Below, piece after piece: positions 1 through 12,470 of a DNA stretch of 64,000 nt. Numbering within the stretch: the stretch's first letter is position 1; the number at the start of each line of letters is the position of its first letter. The stretch is from contig CDMY01000306.1 in assembly GCA_001179505.1 (NCBI GenBank), positions 1 to 64,000 of the forward strand, written 5' to 3'. This DNA is from Vitrella brassicaformis CCMP3155 (taxonomy: Eukaryota; Protista; Chromerida). Made by a program: the position numbers and the translations under genes. A model generated the notes under the pieces. The model had not been told where the DNA came from, made no database searches, and saw only the letters and a list, made by a program, of their open reading frames with translations.

Positions 1-174
1 GCCCCTTTCCACCGCGAGCTTAAATCCCTGGGGAGGTTTGGATACGAAGAATGACCTGAGAGATCATCAAGATCATCAACATGACATTGTCCGTCCTTCA
101 GCGGGCAGTGAGAAGTTGGCAGTGAGTTGAGATCTCATCTCCTCCTCTCATTTCATCGTCTATCCATAGAATCG

Positions 175-999
175 ATGTCGCTGGTGGTGGTGCCGCCCGA
201 GGTGGCCTGTCTGGACGGCAGCGTCGAGTCCTTCTTCCGCGGCATCGTATCGGGCACAGTCTTCGGCATTCTATTCGCCAAAGAACTCAACACACCCAAG
301 CGCAAACCTGGCAGCAGCAGCGGCAGTGCCACTCCCACTCATCAGCAACCGAGTACAGGCGTGTCATCATCTCGGCCGCCCTCTTCGGGCAAAATCCAGC
401 CGCATTCGTCAGTGTTGCGCGGCGTGCGGTGGATAAGTCGTCGGAGTCTGCTGACGGGCAAGACCGCCCTGTACTTTGGATCTTGGTGCTGTAAGTCATC
501 CACACTCACTGCAGAGAAGACGCATACACATTGACAGGCTGCTTCATTGTCGGATTTTCTGGGTGTGTCTGATGGACGATTGTGTGCGTTGGTTCAGTTG
601 TGACGTCGTTCATGTCGTGTGCGCTGCGGCGCATCGGGGTGCCCTATCCGCTGGACGCCGGCACTGGAGGGGCCGTAGCAGGCGCACTCGTGTAAGGCCG
701 AATACAGCCACACACACCCTCACACACAGACGAAAGGTCTCCAAGTGGGGTTGTCTGGTGTGCGTGTGTGTGTGTGTGTGCAGTTCGATAGTTGGTCGTG
801 AGTCGGCCAACTTTTTCGCCACGGCCGTCCTCGGCAGCGCTGCGTTCAGGTGAGAGAAGCGAACCACCACACAAGGCAAACCAACGGCTTGACACCCGTG
901 TCTGTGTCTGTGTGATGTGTGAACGTGGTGAGCAGCATAGTGGTGCACGGCGTCGACACGGACAAGAAGTCCACCAACTTGTGGAGAGATCCAGCATGA
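175..999 (+). CDS. Tim17/Tim22/Tim23 (PRAT)-family-like small membrane protein, multi-exon
   Basis: Hand-spliced product: MSLVVVPPEVACLDGSVESFFRGIVSGTVFGILF...SFMSCALRRIGVPYPLDAGTGGAVAGAL...FFATAVLGSAAFS...LWRDPA*. It has Gly-patterned hydrophobic helices and the C-x-L-RR...GGAVAGAL segment typical of this family. GT-AG introns near 491, 692 and 850. Confidence 0.5.
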
Positions 1000-1556
1000 C
1001 AACAGACAAGACCGCCGGCCGTCTGCTGATGTCGGTGGGGGGCACTTACAGAATGCGGCGTGGTTCGACGATGGACTCGAGATGCGTGCAGAGAGATCGA
1101 TCCATCGACAGGCAGACAGACAGGATGTGTGTGTACAGTATCGTCGGTAGGGACACGGATGCGTTGACACGTGAGTGACATTCGCATGGCCATTCTGTGT
1201 ACTTGCACGCTCGGTTCAAGGATGGTGCATTTCCATGGCGTGCGTGTCTCTCATTCGTTTACTTACAGCCCGGCCGAAATCTCTGATGCATTAACCATCT
1301 TCTTAAAGGCACACACGCAGACACACACACACACACACACATGCCAGAAGGTCCACATACATATCGGCCACATGTCTATAGCACGTATCGAGCCATACAC
1401 ACATACGGCCTGCATCCACACCATACCATCCTCCATCAGCAGCCATATCAGACTGCCCAATCAATCGCCCATAGCCATAGCCATATCTCTATCTCTATCT
1501 CTAGCTACTCTAGCCATCTTGCCTCAATGGGCTCGCTCGTATTGTCTGTCTGTCCA

Positions 1557-4500
1557 TCAGACGAGGTAGTTCAAGAGCTCCATAGCGTCGAAATCTCTAA
1601 CGGTGCGCTGCTGGCCAAACACGCTCTTCATCCACAGCAGCATCGGCCCTTCTTTATCAGCTACTGTAGGGCTATCACGCCCCCCCCCCGCCCCCATCTG
1701 CTGTGCTGCAGGGGATGCCGAGAAGATGGCCGACGGGGGAGACGCGAACATCGCCCGCCGCTGCGCATCCAGCCGACGCTCAGACATGGTCGAGTGATGA
1801 GAGTGCAGGCGGCTCGTGTTGGCCTCCAGCTGCAGCATGTTGGTCGCATTGCTGGTGGGTGACAGCGACAGGTCCTGTTCGTCTTCGTGTGGGGCAGTAT
1901 CCTCCTCCGACTGATGATGGCCGACAACGCCGCGGAGGAACAGGCTGGTCTTAGTCACGTTGGGGGCCGTTGCTGCCGGGCTGATCGTGGTGTATGTTGT
2001 GTCGTTGGCCATTGGGATGGATGTGGCTGTGGGTGTGGGAGTGGGAGTGGGAGTGGGAGTGGGTGTGGGGGGCGGTCGTGTGCCGAAGAGCCACCCCCAC
2101 CAGGTGCGACGAGGGGGCTTTGTCGTACTAGTTGCCATGGTTGTGTTGGTCGTGTTGGCGGACACGCTGGCTGCTGGGGCGGCTGGAGGGGCCGTCGTGG
2201 GGCCGTCGTTGGATGGGGGGAGGGTGGCTTTGTGCTTGTCGCCTTTCTTGTGCGTGGTGTGTTGCAGGATGGGGGCCTGCTGAGCCATAGGCTGGCTGCC
2301 GTCTTGCTCTCCAGGCCTTGCTGGTGCGGGGACAGGGACAGGTTCAGGAACTTGCCCGCTGCCTGCTGGTGGCTGCTCCTGCTGCTCGTGTTGGTGGTCA
2401 TTGGCTGTGGTGGTCTGCTCGTGCTCGGTGGTGGTTTCGGTGCTAATTGTCGTCTTGACGGTGACCCCCGGGCCGTGGACGGTCTTGCTGCCCTGCTGGG
2501 AATGAGTGTGGTTGCCGACGATGGTCACGTACGTCACGGTGTGGACGTCCGTGCCGCCCCCGTGCGACTCGCTGGTGATCAACGTCTCGTTGCGCGTCGT
2601 CACCGACGAGTGGTTGCTGTTGGTGTCGATGGGCACAGAGGAGGAGCTAGTAGAAGTGGTCGTGCTCGTAGGAGTAGGTGTCTTGGTATGGGGCTTGGCG
2701 TGGCCGCCGGCAGCCACCACTGGCCAAGGGGTCGCGATCGCCCCGGGCGAAGTGGTCGGCGGCAGTATGGTGACATTTGGCGGGAAGGTGGGCATCGCTC
2801 CCCCGACGCCACTGACTGCAGGGAGCGGCCCGTCCGATGCCATGTCGGTCGGCGGCACGATGGCGGGAATGGGGGCGCCGGCGGGCCCGTGGGCTGAGAG
2901 GGTCATGTTGACGATCTGTGGGAAGAGGCTGGACACGTTGTAGACGGAGCGGCCGGGGAGGCTGGTGGACGACGGCTCGATGGCTGCCTGCGACAGGTTG
3001 ATGTTCCTGCCGGTGCTGGGGCTGGTGCTGGTGCTGCTGCTTGTGCTGTTCTCGCGTGTGTGCTGGTTGAGGCCGCCTTGCGAGTGTCCCACGGCGAGCA
3101 GCGAGTGAACCAGGCCGCCGCCCTTGCCCTTCGCCCCAGTCTTCTTCTTGTATCCCGACGGCCCCATGACGATCACATGCTCCGTAGTCCCCCCACCCCC
3201 ACTGCCACTGCCACTGCCGCTCCCGCTCTCAGTATCGGCGGACCGCATCCTAGAAGGCGCTGGTGCTGTTGTGGTGGTAGTACATCTCGCACATTGCCCC
3301 TTGGGCCTCAGCGTCACCCTGGCCGTCCCGCCCTCGGCACTGGGGGTGGTAGTAGGCTTGGTGGGGCTGGTGGCCACCACCAGCGACTTACGGACCTTGG
3401 GGCGCCTCAGCTTCGGCTTGGTGGCGAATGGCAGAGCGATGGGGTTGGAGCGGCGAGAGCGACGTGCTCGACGCCGGATGGCGGCTGCTGTCGCTGCCGC
3501 TACTGGTAGCACTCCTTCAGCAGCGGTAGCACTAGCGGGATGGCCGTCACGGTACGAAGAATCTTCAGGAATGGCCGTTGTTGTCACATCCGCGGTCGAT
3601 GTGGAATTCGATGTGGGTGTGTCCGTCTGGGCGACCTTGACGACTGACGCCTTGCTCACCACGATGCCCCCCTGCGTCTGATCCTCCTCTGTGGGCTCAC
3701 TCGCACCGTGCTGCTCCGGGGATGCTGCTTCTGTTGGTATGGCTGTGGTTGGGGTGGTGGACGAGCTGTTGCTGCTGCTGTCGGTGGCGTGCGACTCGAG
3801 CTCGGGGTTGTTGGTGCATGGGAAGGCCCCCATCGGCAGGGGGCTGGTGGTCGGTGCGGCGCTCTCACTGGCGGAAGACTGATGGATGCAAGGATGAGCA
3901 GCGGGGACAATTGGTGGTCTTTTCTCTGCGTGTGGGTGGGGTGGGTAGGTTGGTGCGGGTGCGTCCTTTGCTCACCGATTTGGTGTCCTTCTTGACGCAG
4001 GCGAGTTTGCAGAAGGATGATGTGGTGACCGGGCACATGAGTGCACCCACGCTGCCGTGGCAGGAGGAATCCTTGGGCGGTGTGAACTCGGGCGCGGTGG
4101 CCGCCAGGTAGTCGATGTTCCCCTTTTGCAGGTCGCAAAACGGCTGCAGCAAGCAATAAAGCAAGGAGGGGCAAAAGGAAACCACACACAGATAGATACC
4201 GATGTGCGTGTGTGTGTTTCCTCCCCGCCCCGCCATCCCACCCCACTGGTCACCTTGGAGTACATGCTGCGGACGCATTGGGAGCCTTTGGTGCCCTTGG
4301 TCGAACCTGACAGCACGAAACAACACAACACAACACAACACAGCACGCGGAAATGAACAAGACAGATCACATCAGATATATCCCCAGCCGCGTACCTCCT
4401 CCCTTCGCCCACAGGCAGTTCTGGCTACACGAGCATTTCGTATACTCCGACTCCGACAACATCCTCACACCCCGCCCCAGGCTGCGGAACGACACACCTC

Positions 4501-5047
4501 CCTCCCCGCCATCTGAACCACCACCACTCGTCAGCCCCGCCGATGGTGTGGATGAGGGTGTAGGTGTGGCGGCTCGTGGGTTGCGCCAACGGGGACTATT
4601 GAAGCCGCGGCTCAGGACGAGCTCGGCCAGGAGGCTGATGGACCAACACAACACACAGAGATCCGTTCATGGCTGGATCTCGTGGTGATTCCATCCATCC
4701 ATCCATCCATCCATCCATCCATTCACTGACCTGAGTCCGCTCCATGACCATGGGAAGTGCAGGGGAGAGTAGAAGCCGTACGCCGGCGGCTGCAGCACCT
4801 TGCGGCGCGTCGACGAACCGCCCTCCAGCAGGGACGTTCCGACGCATCCGCTCGTCGTCGAATTGGCAACACACTGGTGGGCATCTGACGGCGGCGATAG
4901 ATGGCCGTGGCCGTCTGCCTGATCAGAGGGCGGCGAATAAGCTTTGATGCGGCCCGGCCCGGTGGTCAGCAGAAAACCCACCAGCAACAGACGGGAGATC
5001 TCGCCGAAGGCGCCAGAAGATCGGAGGTGCATTCCCGTGCCGCTCAT
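1557..5047 (-). CDS. Hypothetical secreted/surface protein: hydrophobic N-terminus, Cys-containing N-terminal exons, long Thr/Ser/Pro-rich mucin-like C-terminal exon
   Basis: 758-aa ORF 1557..3833 is T/S/P/A rich. Upstream minus-strand coding exons lie at about 3970-4150, 4250-4310, 4375-4630 and 4735-5047 (…RLLLVGFLLTTGPGRIKAYSPP…, CSCSQNC, FCKLACVKK) and are separated by microsatellite introns. Confidence 0.6.
2029..2068 (-). repeat. Coding hexamer tandem repeat (GTGGGA/GTGGGT on +) encoding (Pro-Thr)n
   Basis: gtgggtgtgggagtgggagtgggagtgggagtgggtgtggg on +, which translates to PTPTPTPTPTPTPT in the 1557..3833 ORF. Confidence 0.9.
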
Positions 5048-5708
5048 ATCAGTGCGTATCTGCTGGTCTCAGGCTGCCTTGTCATCCGTCGTGAAAGGAT
5101 TTGTTTTTCCCCTTAATTTACAAATCCTTTCGTAAACGCAGCGTTCCCCCAATGACCATCTCCAGCCTGAAAACGTGCCTGAAGACACTCGACAAACGTT
5201 CGCACATGGAGGGATGGACGGCGTGTGTGTGTGTGTACCCGTCTGATCTGACGTGGCGTCAAGACCCTCATGCTGCCGGCCGTCAAGACGACCTAAATAT
5301 GACGTGTGGTCATCTTAGGTCGTCTTACCTGTGCGTCTCTCTGCCCGGGCTGTGTGATGGGGGCGAATGTGCAATGTGGTGCGAACACAGGGACACTAGT
5401 AGTGAGAGGTTCGTTCGAATGGGTGAGTTCGCACATCGGTTCTTGCACAAGCACACGACAGTTCGTCGTCACTCACACACTCACACACACAGTGAGAGAG
5501 AGAGAAGAAGGCACCGAGGACACCAGCTATGTACACAGACTAGTCACCACCACAGACCAACCGCAACACAGCCGCCTCGACCGCCACCCTAAAAATACAG
5601 AGACGGCCTCAACCCACCGACCAGCCATCCATCCAGCCAGCCACTCATGCAGCCAGCCTACCATCCAGCCAGCCATCCAGCTACGTCAGTAAGTCAGACA
5701 GTGGATCA

Positions 5709-7619
5709 TCAGCACTCGACGGTGACGCCATGGTGTGCCTTGAGCTCATGTTGGTCCTCATCCTCGTCAAACATGGCCTCTTCCTCAAAGGGCGTCCGCA
5801 GGTGCTGCGCCGATGACGGGAAGGGCGGAGGGAAGCCGGCCGCCCCGGCGTCAGCCACCTGGCCGGTCTCCTCCCCCCTCAGCTGCTTGCGGAAGATCTG
5901 GAGGGGCCGTTTGAATCCCTTGGGGGCTCCCTCTGGCTGCGGGGCGGCGATCTCAGTGACCTTCTCGAAGCCCACTTGCCGCGTCAGGAGGTCCTCAAAG
6001 TCTTGCGGCTTGAGCTGGATGGCATTGATGCTCTGCTGGATGTCTGGGGGCAAGGTCTTGGCCTTCTTCTTGTAGGACGACCAGGGCTGTGGCTCCAACA
6101 CAAACAGACCGCCCGGCTCCAGCAGCCGGTAGACCTTGACAAAGAAGTCGCGGACGCCCGTGTCGCCCTGGTGGATGTGCACCCACTTGATGACGCTCAA
6201 AGCCAGGATCACACCGAACTGGTCGCCCCGACGCTCGAAGATGTCAGACAGCACGAAGTTCTCGGCGCGGAACTCTATGTTGTGCGGGAAGCTCTCCTGG
6301 CTGCTGTGGGGCGACTTGTCGTCGGTCTCAAGCTGGTCGAGGGACCCCTCCCCGCCCTCATCTTCCTCCTCCTCGTCGAATACGCCCTCGTCAGACGCCT
6401 CCTCCTCCCCACCACCCTCACCCTCCTGTGTCTCGTTCAGGGCCGCCAGGTCGATGTCGATCTCGCCATCCGGCAGCTCGGGCTCCTGCTGTTGCGCCTG
6501 CCGGCCCTTGCCCGACACTGCATCGTCATGCAGCTTGCCGAGAGTGGCCGTGTGCCGCGGGGGAGCTGCCGCTGCGGTCGCGTCAGCGGCCGATGGGGTG
6601 CCGTCCCTGCCATGTCGCTTGGTCTCCTCCCTCCTCACTTTATCGATTACGCTCTGCGGTGCCTCCCACCAGTGGAGAGGCTTCGTGCCGGGGTGGGCCC
6701 AGGGGTAGGGACGGCCGCTCGCTGCACACTCAGCAGCAACAGCAGCATCAGCAGCATCAGGCTTGTCACGGCCGTGGTGCTTCTTGGGCATCTTCCGCTT
6801 GGCCGTGTCGACCCGTATCTGCCAGCCGTTCTTCTTGATGCGCTTGAGAATGCGGTTGGCCTCAGCGACGAGCTCGACGTCGACGTCGATGCCGACGACG
6901 TGCATGGGGTCGAGGAGGGCGGCGACGGTGAGGGGGATGACGCCGATGTTGCAGCCGATGTCCAGAACGTACTTGGCCTCGAACAGCTGGGGGTCGAAGC
7001 GCACAAGGGCGTCGATGCGGGGGTCGACCTGGCTTTCGTAGAGGTGTGAGGGGTCGCGATAGCCGTCGTAGTACCGGTTGTAGTTGCCGTGGGTGTAGAC
7101 GGGCTTGTTCTGGTGCCGGATGGGACCGCGGATGAGACCTAGAGGCTGCAGCACCGCAGGCAGCCCTTTGGCGTCACGCTCCAGCCGACGAGCCTTCTTC
7201 TTCGACAGCGGCTTCTTCTTCGCCTCTCCTCCTCCAGAGGCAGAGGCAGAGGCAGCAGCACTGCTCGGCTTCCTGTCGCCTTGCTGTGCACCAGCATCAT
7301 CCGTCCTGCCCCGCTCTGCCGCTGTGCCGTCCCGCTGCGAGCTCTCTCCTTCCTTGGCGTCGTGGTTTTGCCTGCTGGGTACGTCTTGCAGTCTGCGTTT
7401 CTTCCTGAGCGGCGACGGTGAGGGTCGGTGATTGGTTGACTCAGGCGACTCGCTCTCGCGGTGGCTGAAGTTGCGTCGCTTGCCCTTGCGGTGAGAGGGA
7501 GAGCGAGGCCGGGAGGCGTTGGGCCGGCGTCGCTTGAAGGGACGGGCTGACTGGCTGCGGCTTCGGGGACGCTCACTTAGGGGAATATGAGGCGGGCGGT
7601 GGAGGTCTTCGCTGTCCAT
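5709..7619 (-). CDS. MEPCE: Bin3/MEPCE-family RNA methylphosphate capping methyltransferase (636 aa, apparently intronless)
   Basis: Motifs YTHGNYNRYY, VLDIGCNIG (SAM-binding), GIDVD, FPHNIEF, ILALSVIKWVHIHQGDTG and LEPGGLFVLEPQPWSSYKKK are the Bin3 signature. Confidence 0.93.
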   Translation of the reverse strand: MDSEDLHRPPHIPLSERPRSRSQSARPFKRRRPNASRPRSPSHRKGKRRNFSHRESESPESTNHRPSPSPLRKKRRLQDVPSRQNHDAKEGESSQRDGTAAERGRTDDAGAQQGDRKPSSAAASASASGGGEAKKKPLSKKKARRLERDAKGLPAVLQPLGLIRGPIRHQNKPVYTHGNYNRYYDGYRDPSHLYESQVDPRIDALVRFDPQLFEAKYVLDIGCNIGVIPLTVAALLDPMHVVGIDVDVELVAEANRILKRIKKNGWQIRVDTAKRKMPKKHHGRDKPDAADAAVAAECAASGRPYPWAHPGTKPLHWWEAPQSVIDKVRREETKRHGRDGTPSAADATAAAAPPRHTATLGKLHDDAVSGKGRQAQQQEPELPDGEIDIDLAALNETQEGEGGGEEEASDEGVFDEEEEDEGGEGSLDQLETDDKSPHSSQESFPHNIEFRAENFVLSDIFERRGDQFGVILALSVIKWVHIHQGDTGVRDFFVKVYRLLEPGGLFVLEPQPWSSYKKKAKTLPPDIQQSINAIQLKPQDFEDLLTRQVGFEKVTEIAAPQPEGAPKGFKRPLQIFRKQLRGEETGQVADAGAAGFPPPFPSSAQHLRTPFEEEAMFDEDEDQHELKAHHGVTVEC

Positions 7620-7792
7620 GATCCAGATGCCATAACACGCGACAAAGCAAGCGGTCTTATCAAAGCGAGCTCAGTGGCTTCTGCGAGCTTAGCTGGCAGA
7701 TCTGCGTGATCTGCGACGCAACCCCTTGATAAGCAGCGCTGATCTACTGATTCGTACTCAAACTTGTTTGCGGCTTCTTTTTGTCGGATCCG
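7620..7792. promoter_or_regulatory. Putative bidirectional promoter between Bin3 and the DEAD-box helicase
   Basis: 173 bp separate the divergent ATGs. The spacer contains the inverted 8-mer pair CTTATCAA (7656-7663) and TTGATAAG (7726-7733). Confidence 0.4.
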
Positions 7793-10700
7793 ATGGTTTC
7801 ATCTACGTGGCTCCTCGTGGCTGCACAAGGCCTGCAAGCCACGAGGCAGCCCACCGCCTGGTTGCTGAGCACCCCTCCCATCCAAGATCCAACACGATGG
7901 CGTAGGCGAGGCTGCAACAGATGTCTGCGGGCAACACCCACACAGAGCGACCCATCGATGCCGTAAGGAGGCACATGCACCTACCTTGCATGACGATGCA
8001 TTAGCTAGCTGCAATGTGTGTGTGTGTGTGTGTGTGTGTGTGGTGTTGATCCATCCATCCATCGCAGGGATCTGTTGTCGAACCTCGAGCAGTTGGTGGA
8101 GAGCCGGGAGGCCAAGAGGCCGAGGCCGCCGGCGCGGGAGGGGCGGCAAAAGGTCAACCAACAGATCCAAAGCCAAGGTGGGTAGCCCACAGGGCCACCA
8201 AGCCCCGCCAGAAGGCCCTCTCAACATGGCATGCATCACCGATGTGCTGTGGTTGTCTGTGTCAGGCGAGAGCATCACTGGCCAAGCTGGGTCATTCGAC
8301 GAGACCTCCCTGGACGCCTTCTACGGCGAGTATGTCCCGTTCTCTTCCCTGCGGCTCCACCCATCCCTTGTGCAGCAGCTGAGCCAGACGGGCAAAGACA
8401 CAGCCACCCTCATCCAAGCCCTGGGCATCCCCAGCATTCTCACAGGAGATGACGTCATCGTCGGTGCTGAGACGGGCAGCGGCAAGACACTCGCATACCT
8501 AGTGCCCCTGCTGGATCGGCTGCTGCGGGAAAACGAGAGAGAAGGAGAGGCTGAGGCCAGCGACGGGAGTGGCGGTAATACTGACCGATCGCGGATGTAT
8601 CCAAGGGCCGTTGTGATGGTGCCCAATCGCGAGCTGTGTGACCAAGTCTACAGATGGGCACAAGAGCTCGCCAGGTGTGTGGCGGGATGGAGAAAGGCAC
8701 TCACACCAGAGTGGCAGGCAGGGATGGGCCCCCCCCCCCCCCCCCCCCNNNNNNNNNNNNNNNNNNNNNNNNNNNNNNNNNNNNNNNNNNNNNNNNNNNN
8801 NNNNNNNNNNNNNNNNNNNNNNNNNNNNNNNNNNNNNNNNNNNNNNNNNNNNNNNNNNNNNNNNNNNNNNNNNNNNNNNNNNNNNNNNNNNNNNNNNNNN
8901 NNNNNNNNNNNNNNNNNNNNNNNNNNNNNNNNNNNNNNNNNNNNNNNNNNNNNNNNNNNNNNNNNNNNNNNNNNNNNNNNNNNNNNNNNNNNNNNNNNNN
9001 NNNNNNNNNNNNNNNNNNNNNNNNNNNNNNNNNNNNNNNNNNNNNNNNCCCCCCCCCCCCCCCCCCCTGTGTGTGTGGCTGTGTGGTGGTATGGCCAGGC
9101 CTTTGGGCGTCACGACTGAGATGGTGTGGGGTGGTTATGAGTCGTGGCCCTTCACGCCCGCCCAGCCGGCGCCCGACGTGCTCATCTGCACCCCTCTCTT
9201 CCTCGGACGGTTCACCAAGGGCGGGTGCGTCAAGGACATATCGCTCTTTCAGAGCGTCGACACTCTGGTCGTCGATGAAGCCGACCTGCTGCTCGACGGC
9301 GGATACAAAAAGGTGAGTGACGACAGGCCACTACACACGCGATGCACAGGTGGATGATTGTGATGTGTGTGGCGATTGGTGCAGGACCTGGAGGCTGTGT
9401 TGACGGTGTTTCGGCGCAGCGGTCGGCAGGGCGCGCCGACGCAGCACATCATGGTGGCCGCAACGCTCCCAAACCGGGGGTCGGGATCAGTCGATGCATT
9501 CCTCGAGAGGAGATTCCCAGAGGTGATGTCAGGCGGCATGAATGAATGACACTCGCACAAGTGAAAGCGCCTCACCTGTCTGACACTATCTGTGTCGTCT
9601 TGTGTCTGCCTGCCTGCCTCTCCCTCCCTCCCTCCCTCCCTCCCTCCCTCCCGACAGGCGCTCCGTGTCCGGAACAGCCTGATGCACCAGCACCTGCCGG
9701 GCATGCAGCAGGATTTCATACCCATCGGCTACGACGCGTCCACGCGCGACCGGCTCAACATGCTCGTCGACAAGGTCACCGAGATGCAACGCGATCGCGC
9801 CAGCCGGGGGGGCGAGGAGGCGGTCGATGTGGGCAAGACCATCATCTTTGCCAACACGGTCAACTCGGCCAAGGCCGTGGCGAATGCGCTCTTCGATGTG
9901 GGCATCCCCGTGGTGCCCTGCCATGCGGTCAGTCCGTCATTGGTGTGTATATGTGTGTGGGGGGGGGGGGAGAGGAGGGCNNNNNNNNNNNNNNNNNNNN
10001 NNNNNNNNNNNNNNNNNNNNNNNNNNNNNNNNNNNNNNNNNNNNNNNNNNNNNNNNNNNNNNNNNNNNNNNNNNNNNNNNNNNNNNNNNNNNNNNNNNNN
10101 NNNNNNNNNNNNNNNNNNNNNNNNNNNNNNNNNNNNNNNNNNNNNNNNNNNNNNNNNNNNNNNNNNNNNNNNNNNNNNNNNNNNNNNNNNNNNNNNNNNN
10201 NNNNNNNNNNNNNNNNNNNNNNNNNNNNNNNNNNNNNNNNNNNNNNNNNNNNNNNNNNNNNNNNNNNNNNNNNNNNNNNNGGGGGGGGGGGGAGAGGAGG
10301 GCCATAGGGCCATGTGTGTGTGTGTGTGTCGATCAGGACCTGCGTGCCGCTGAGCGGATATCAAACCTCGATGCCTTCAGGTGGCTCAGCCAGCCAGACA
10401 GACAGGCAGACGGGCATCGCTGTCACCTCTCCCATGCCTCATTCCCCTGTCTGTCTGTCTCTCTCTCTGTCTGTCTGTCTGTCTGTGCTTTGATTGTCAG
10501 GCGTGGCATATCGTCGATACTGGTGTGCACCGACCTGGCGGCCCGTGGGCTGGACATCCCCAGGATAGCCACGGTTATCCAATTCGACTTCGCCCCCAAT
10601 GTGGTGGCCCACCTGCACCGGGTGGGCCGGGCGGCGCGGGCGGGGCGCGCCGGCCACGCAATCAACTTCTACGGCAAGGACAGCGAGGACCTCGTTTCCA

Positions 10701-10897
10701 TGATACAGGAGTCACTCAAAGTGGCAGAGGAAAGGTCAGCAGACAGGCTGGGCCCACCCCTCTGCACCCTTCGTGTGTCTGCAGTGCGCATCTCTGTGTG
10801 TGTGTGCAGGGGCAGTGACGGCGGTCTGTTGGAGCAGGCATTCAGTCGCAATCGGAGCCTGCGGAAGAAACTGAGGAAACAAGAGGTCAGTAAGTGA
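7793..10897 (+). CDS. DEAD-box RNA helicase, probably organelle-targeted (RH22/DDX28-like), multi-exon, spanning two gaps
   Basis: Q motif (FSSLRL…IQALGIP), [61 protein letters not shown] and C-terminal [12 protein letters not shown]. The N-terminal extension [14 protein letters not shown] splices in frame through 7962/8069 and about 8177/8266. An extra 3' exon to about 11003 is possible. Confidence 0.9.
8749..9048. other. Assembly gap (300 N) within a poly-C tract
   Basis: Run of N flanked by C homopolymers, inside a helicase intron. Confidence 1.
9981..10280. other. Assembly gap (300 N) near poly-G tracts
   Basis: Run of N flanked by G-rich tracts, inside a helicase intron. Confidence 1.
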
Positions 10898-11764
10898 GGG
10901 AGGGAGGGACACACCGGCCGGCGTGATGGTTGCGTGTGTGTTTGGTGTGTGCTGCTGCAGAGGAGTGGCCAGGACACAGCGGGGCGGGCAACAGTGCCAT
11001 CTTGATTCGATCAGGGAAGGACTGACACATCCATCCATGTGTGTGGCTGCCCTTGTGTCAACGGGTGGATGCGATGCGCTCGAAGACTTGGTTACATACA
11101 TCATCAAGTCAGTGCTTGTGGCGAGTGAGTGGTGTGTTGGTTTTAACTTCATCCAATCAAATCCCATCCATCCATCCATCCATCCATCCATCCGTCATGT
11201 CGCCACCAGCCACGGACCTCAACGCGACCTCAAACAAACGCGATTCCGGTCGTTCCGTCTCGTAGATCGCATCCCGTCCGTTCTGTCGCCCCGTCGTGAT
11301 CTTGATTCGTCTTCCCTCGCGCCTGAATCGCCTGGCTGCCTTCCTGGTACCCATGCGTATCCGAACACGGAAGGGATGCGTTCGTGCGTTTGTGTGTGGG
11401 GGGGTTCGTTGAATCAGATTCATGGCTGAAGTGCTGCTGTGGTGTGGCAGGTAAGGTTCATTTTGGCACCTCCCTCTCTGTCGCCTCACTTACAGCACCA
11501 TCGGGTGCGCTGCGCACGCGTCCACACTGGTTGGCAAGGTGGTCCACCCCTTAATTGTCGTGTCACTTTGTCTTCTTGCGCACCGGATCTGGTGCGCATC
11601 AAGATCTGCAGACAGATACACTCAACCGCGCACACACACACATGCTGTCTGTGCGGCTGTCTGGCTGTGAATGGAATGTGCTCAGTTTGGCTGCGGCAGT
11701 TCCCTGCCTTAATTGTCCTACAGCGCTATAGCGGTCTATCTGAGCAGAACTCAAGACAAGCAAC

Positions 11765-12470
11765 ATGGGGCAAACACAAGCAAGATCCGACTCGATGGAG
11801 CACCCGGAATTTGACGAATGGGGACACAGCTTCCCCAAGGTGGAGAACATCCGCTACTTCAAGCTGGAGGACAGCTCCTTTTCGCTCTCACATAACCCGG
11901 GCGACTGGATAGACAAGGGACGCTTCAAGACCGTCGGGTGGGTATCTGATCAGAGAGACAGTAGAGGGAAGGGTGTGTCTGAGAGTTGAGTGTGTGTATC
12001 TGGCTGGCAGGGATGTGTGGAAGTACCTGCTGTGGTTGGGAGAGGCGGGACGTCACCAAACGGGGTATTTGAAGCTCACTGGCTATGACGACGTCGAAGA
12101 CGGCACACTCATCGGCGACAAGTGCGTGTGCGGGCGAGGCGACGGACACGCCCTGTGTGTGTGTATGTGTGTGTGTGTGTGTAGGGGGAAGACGCAGAAC
12201 GATCCGTTCATCATCAAGAAAGTGCGTATGGTAGGTGGGCACAGACCACAGACATGCAGCGAGATCACAAGGATCTCTCTCTCTGTCTGTCTGTCTGTCT
12301 CGTGTGTGTGTGTGTCCACCCACCCCACCGTCCGTCCGTCAGGGGATATTGAGATGATGGAGGAGTTGAAGCAAGGCACACACCACTGGTCAGGCACATA
12401 CGACTGGGGTGTCTTCCATGCTGACCACACGGACGGACGCGCAGCAGTAGCGGGAGGGGTGAATGAGTGA
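11765..12470 (+). CDS. Small hypothetical protein (about 150-160 aa, 4 exons)
   Basis: Exons splice in frame: MGQTQARSDSMEHPEFDEWGHSFPKVENIRYFKL…FKTVG|DVWKYLLWLGEAG…LIGDK|GKTQNDPFIIKK…|DIEMMEELKQGTHHWSGTYDWGVFHADH…VNE*. No family recognised. Confidence 0.55.

Noticed and set aside
1469-1520. Degenerate hexamer run (ccatag/ctctat/ctctag)
   Set aside because: Short low-complexity repeat between convergent 3' ends with no sign of function.
8499-10364. ORFs containing long X runs and poly-Pro or poly-Gly
   Set aside because: Artefacts of the two 300-N gaps and their flanking C/G homopolymers.
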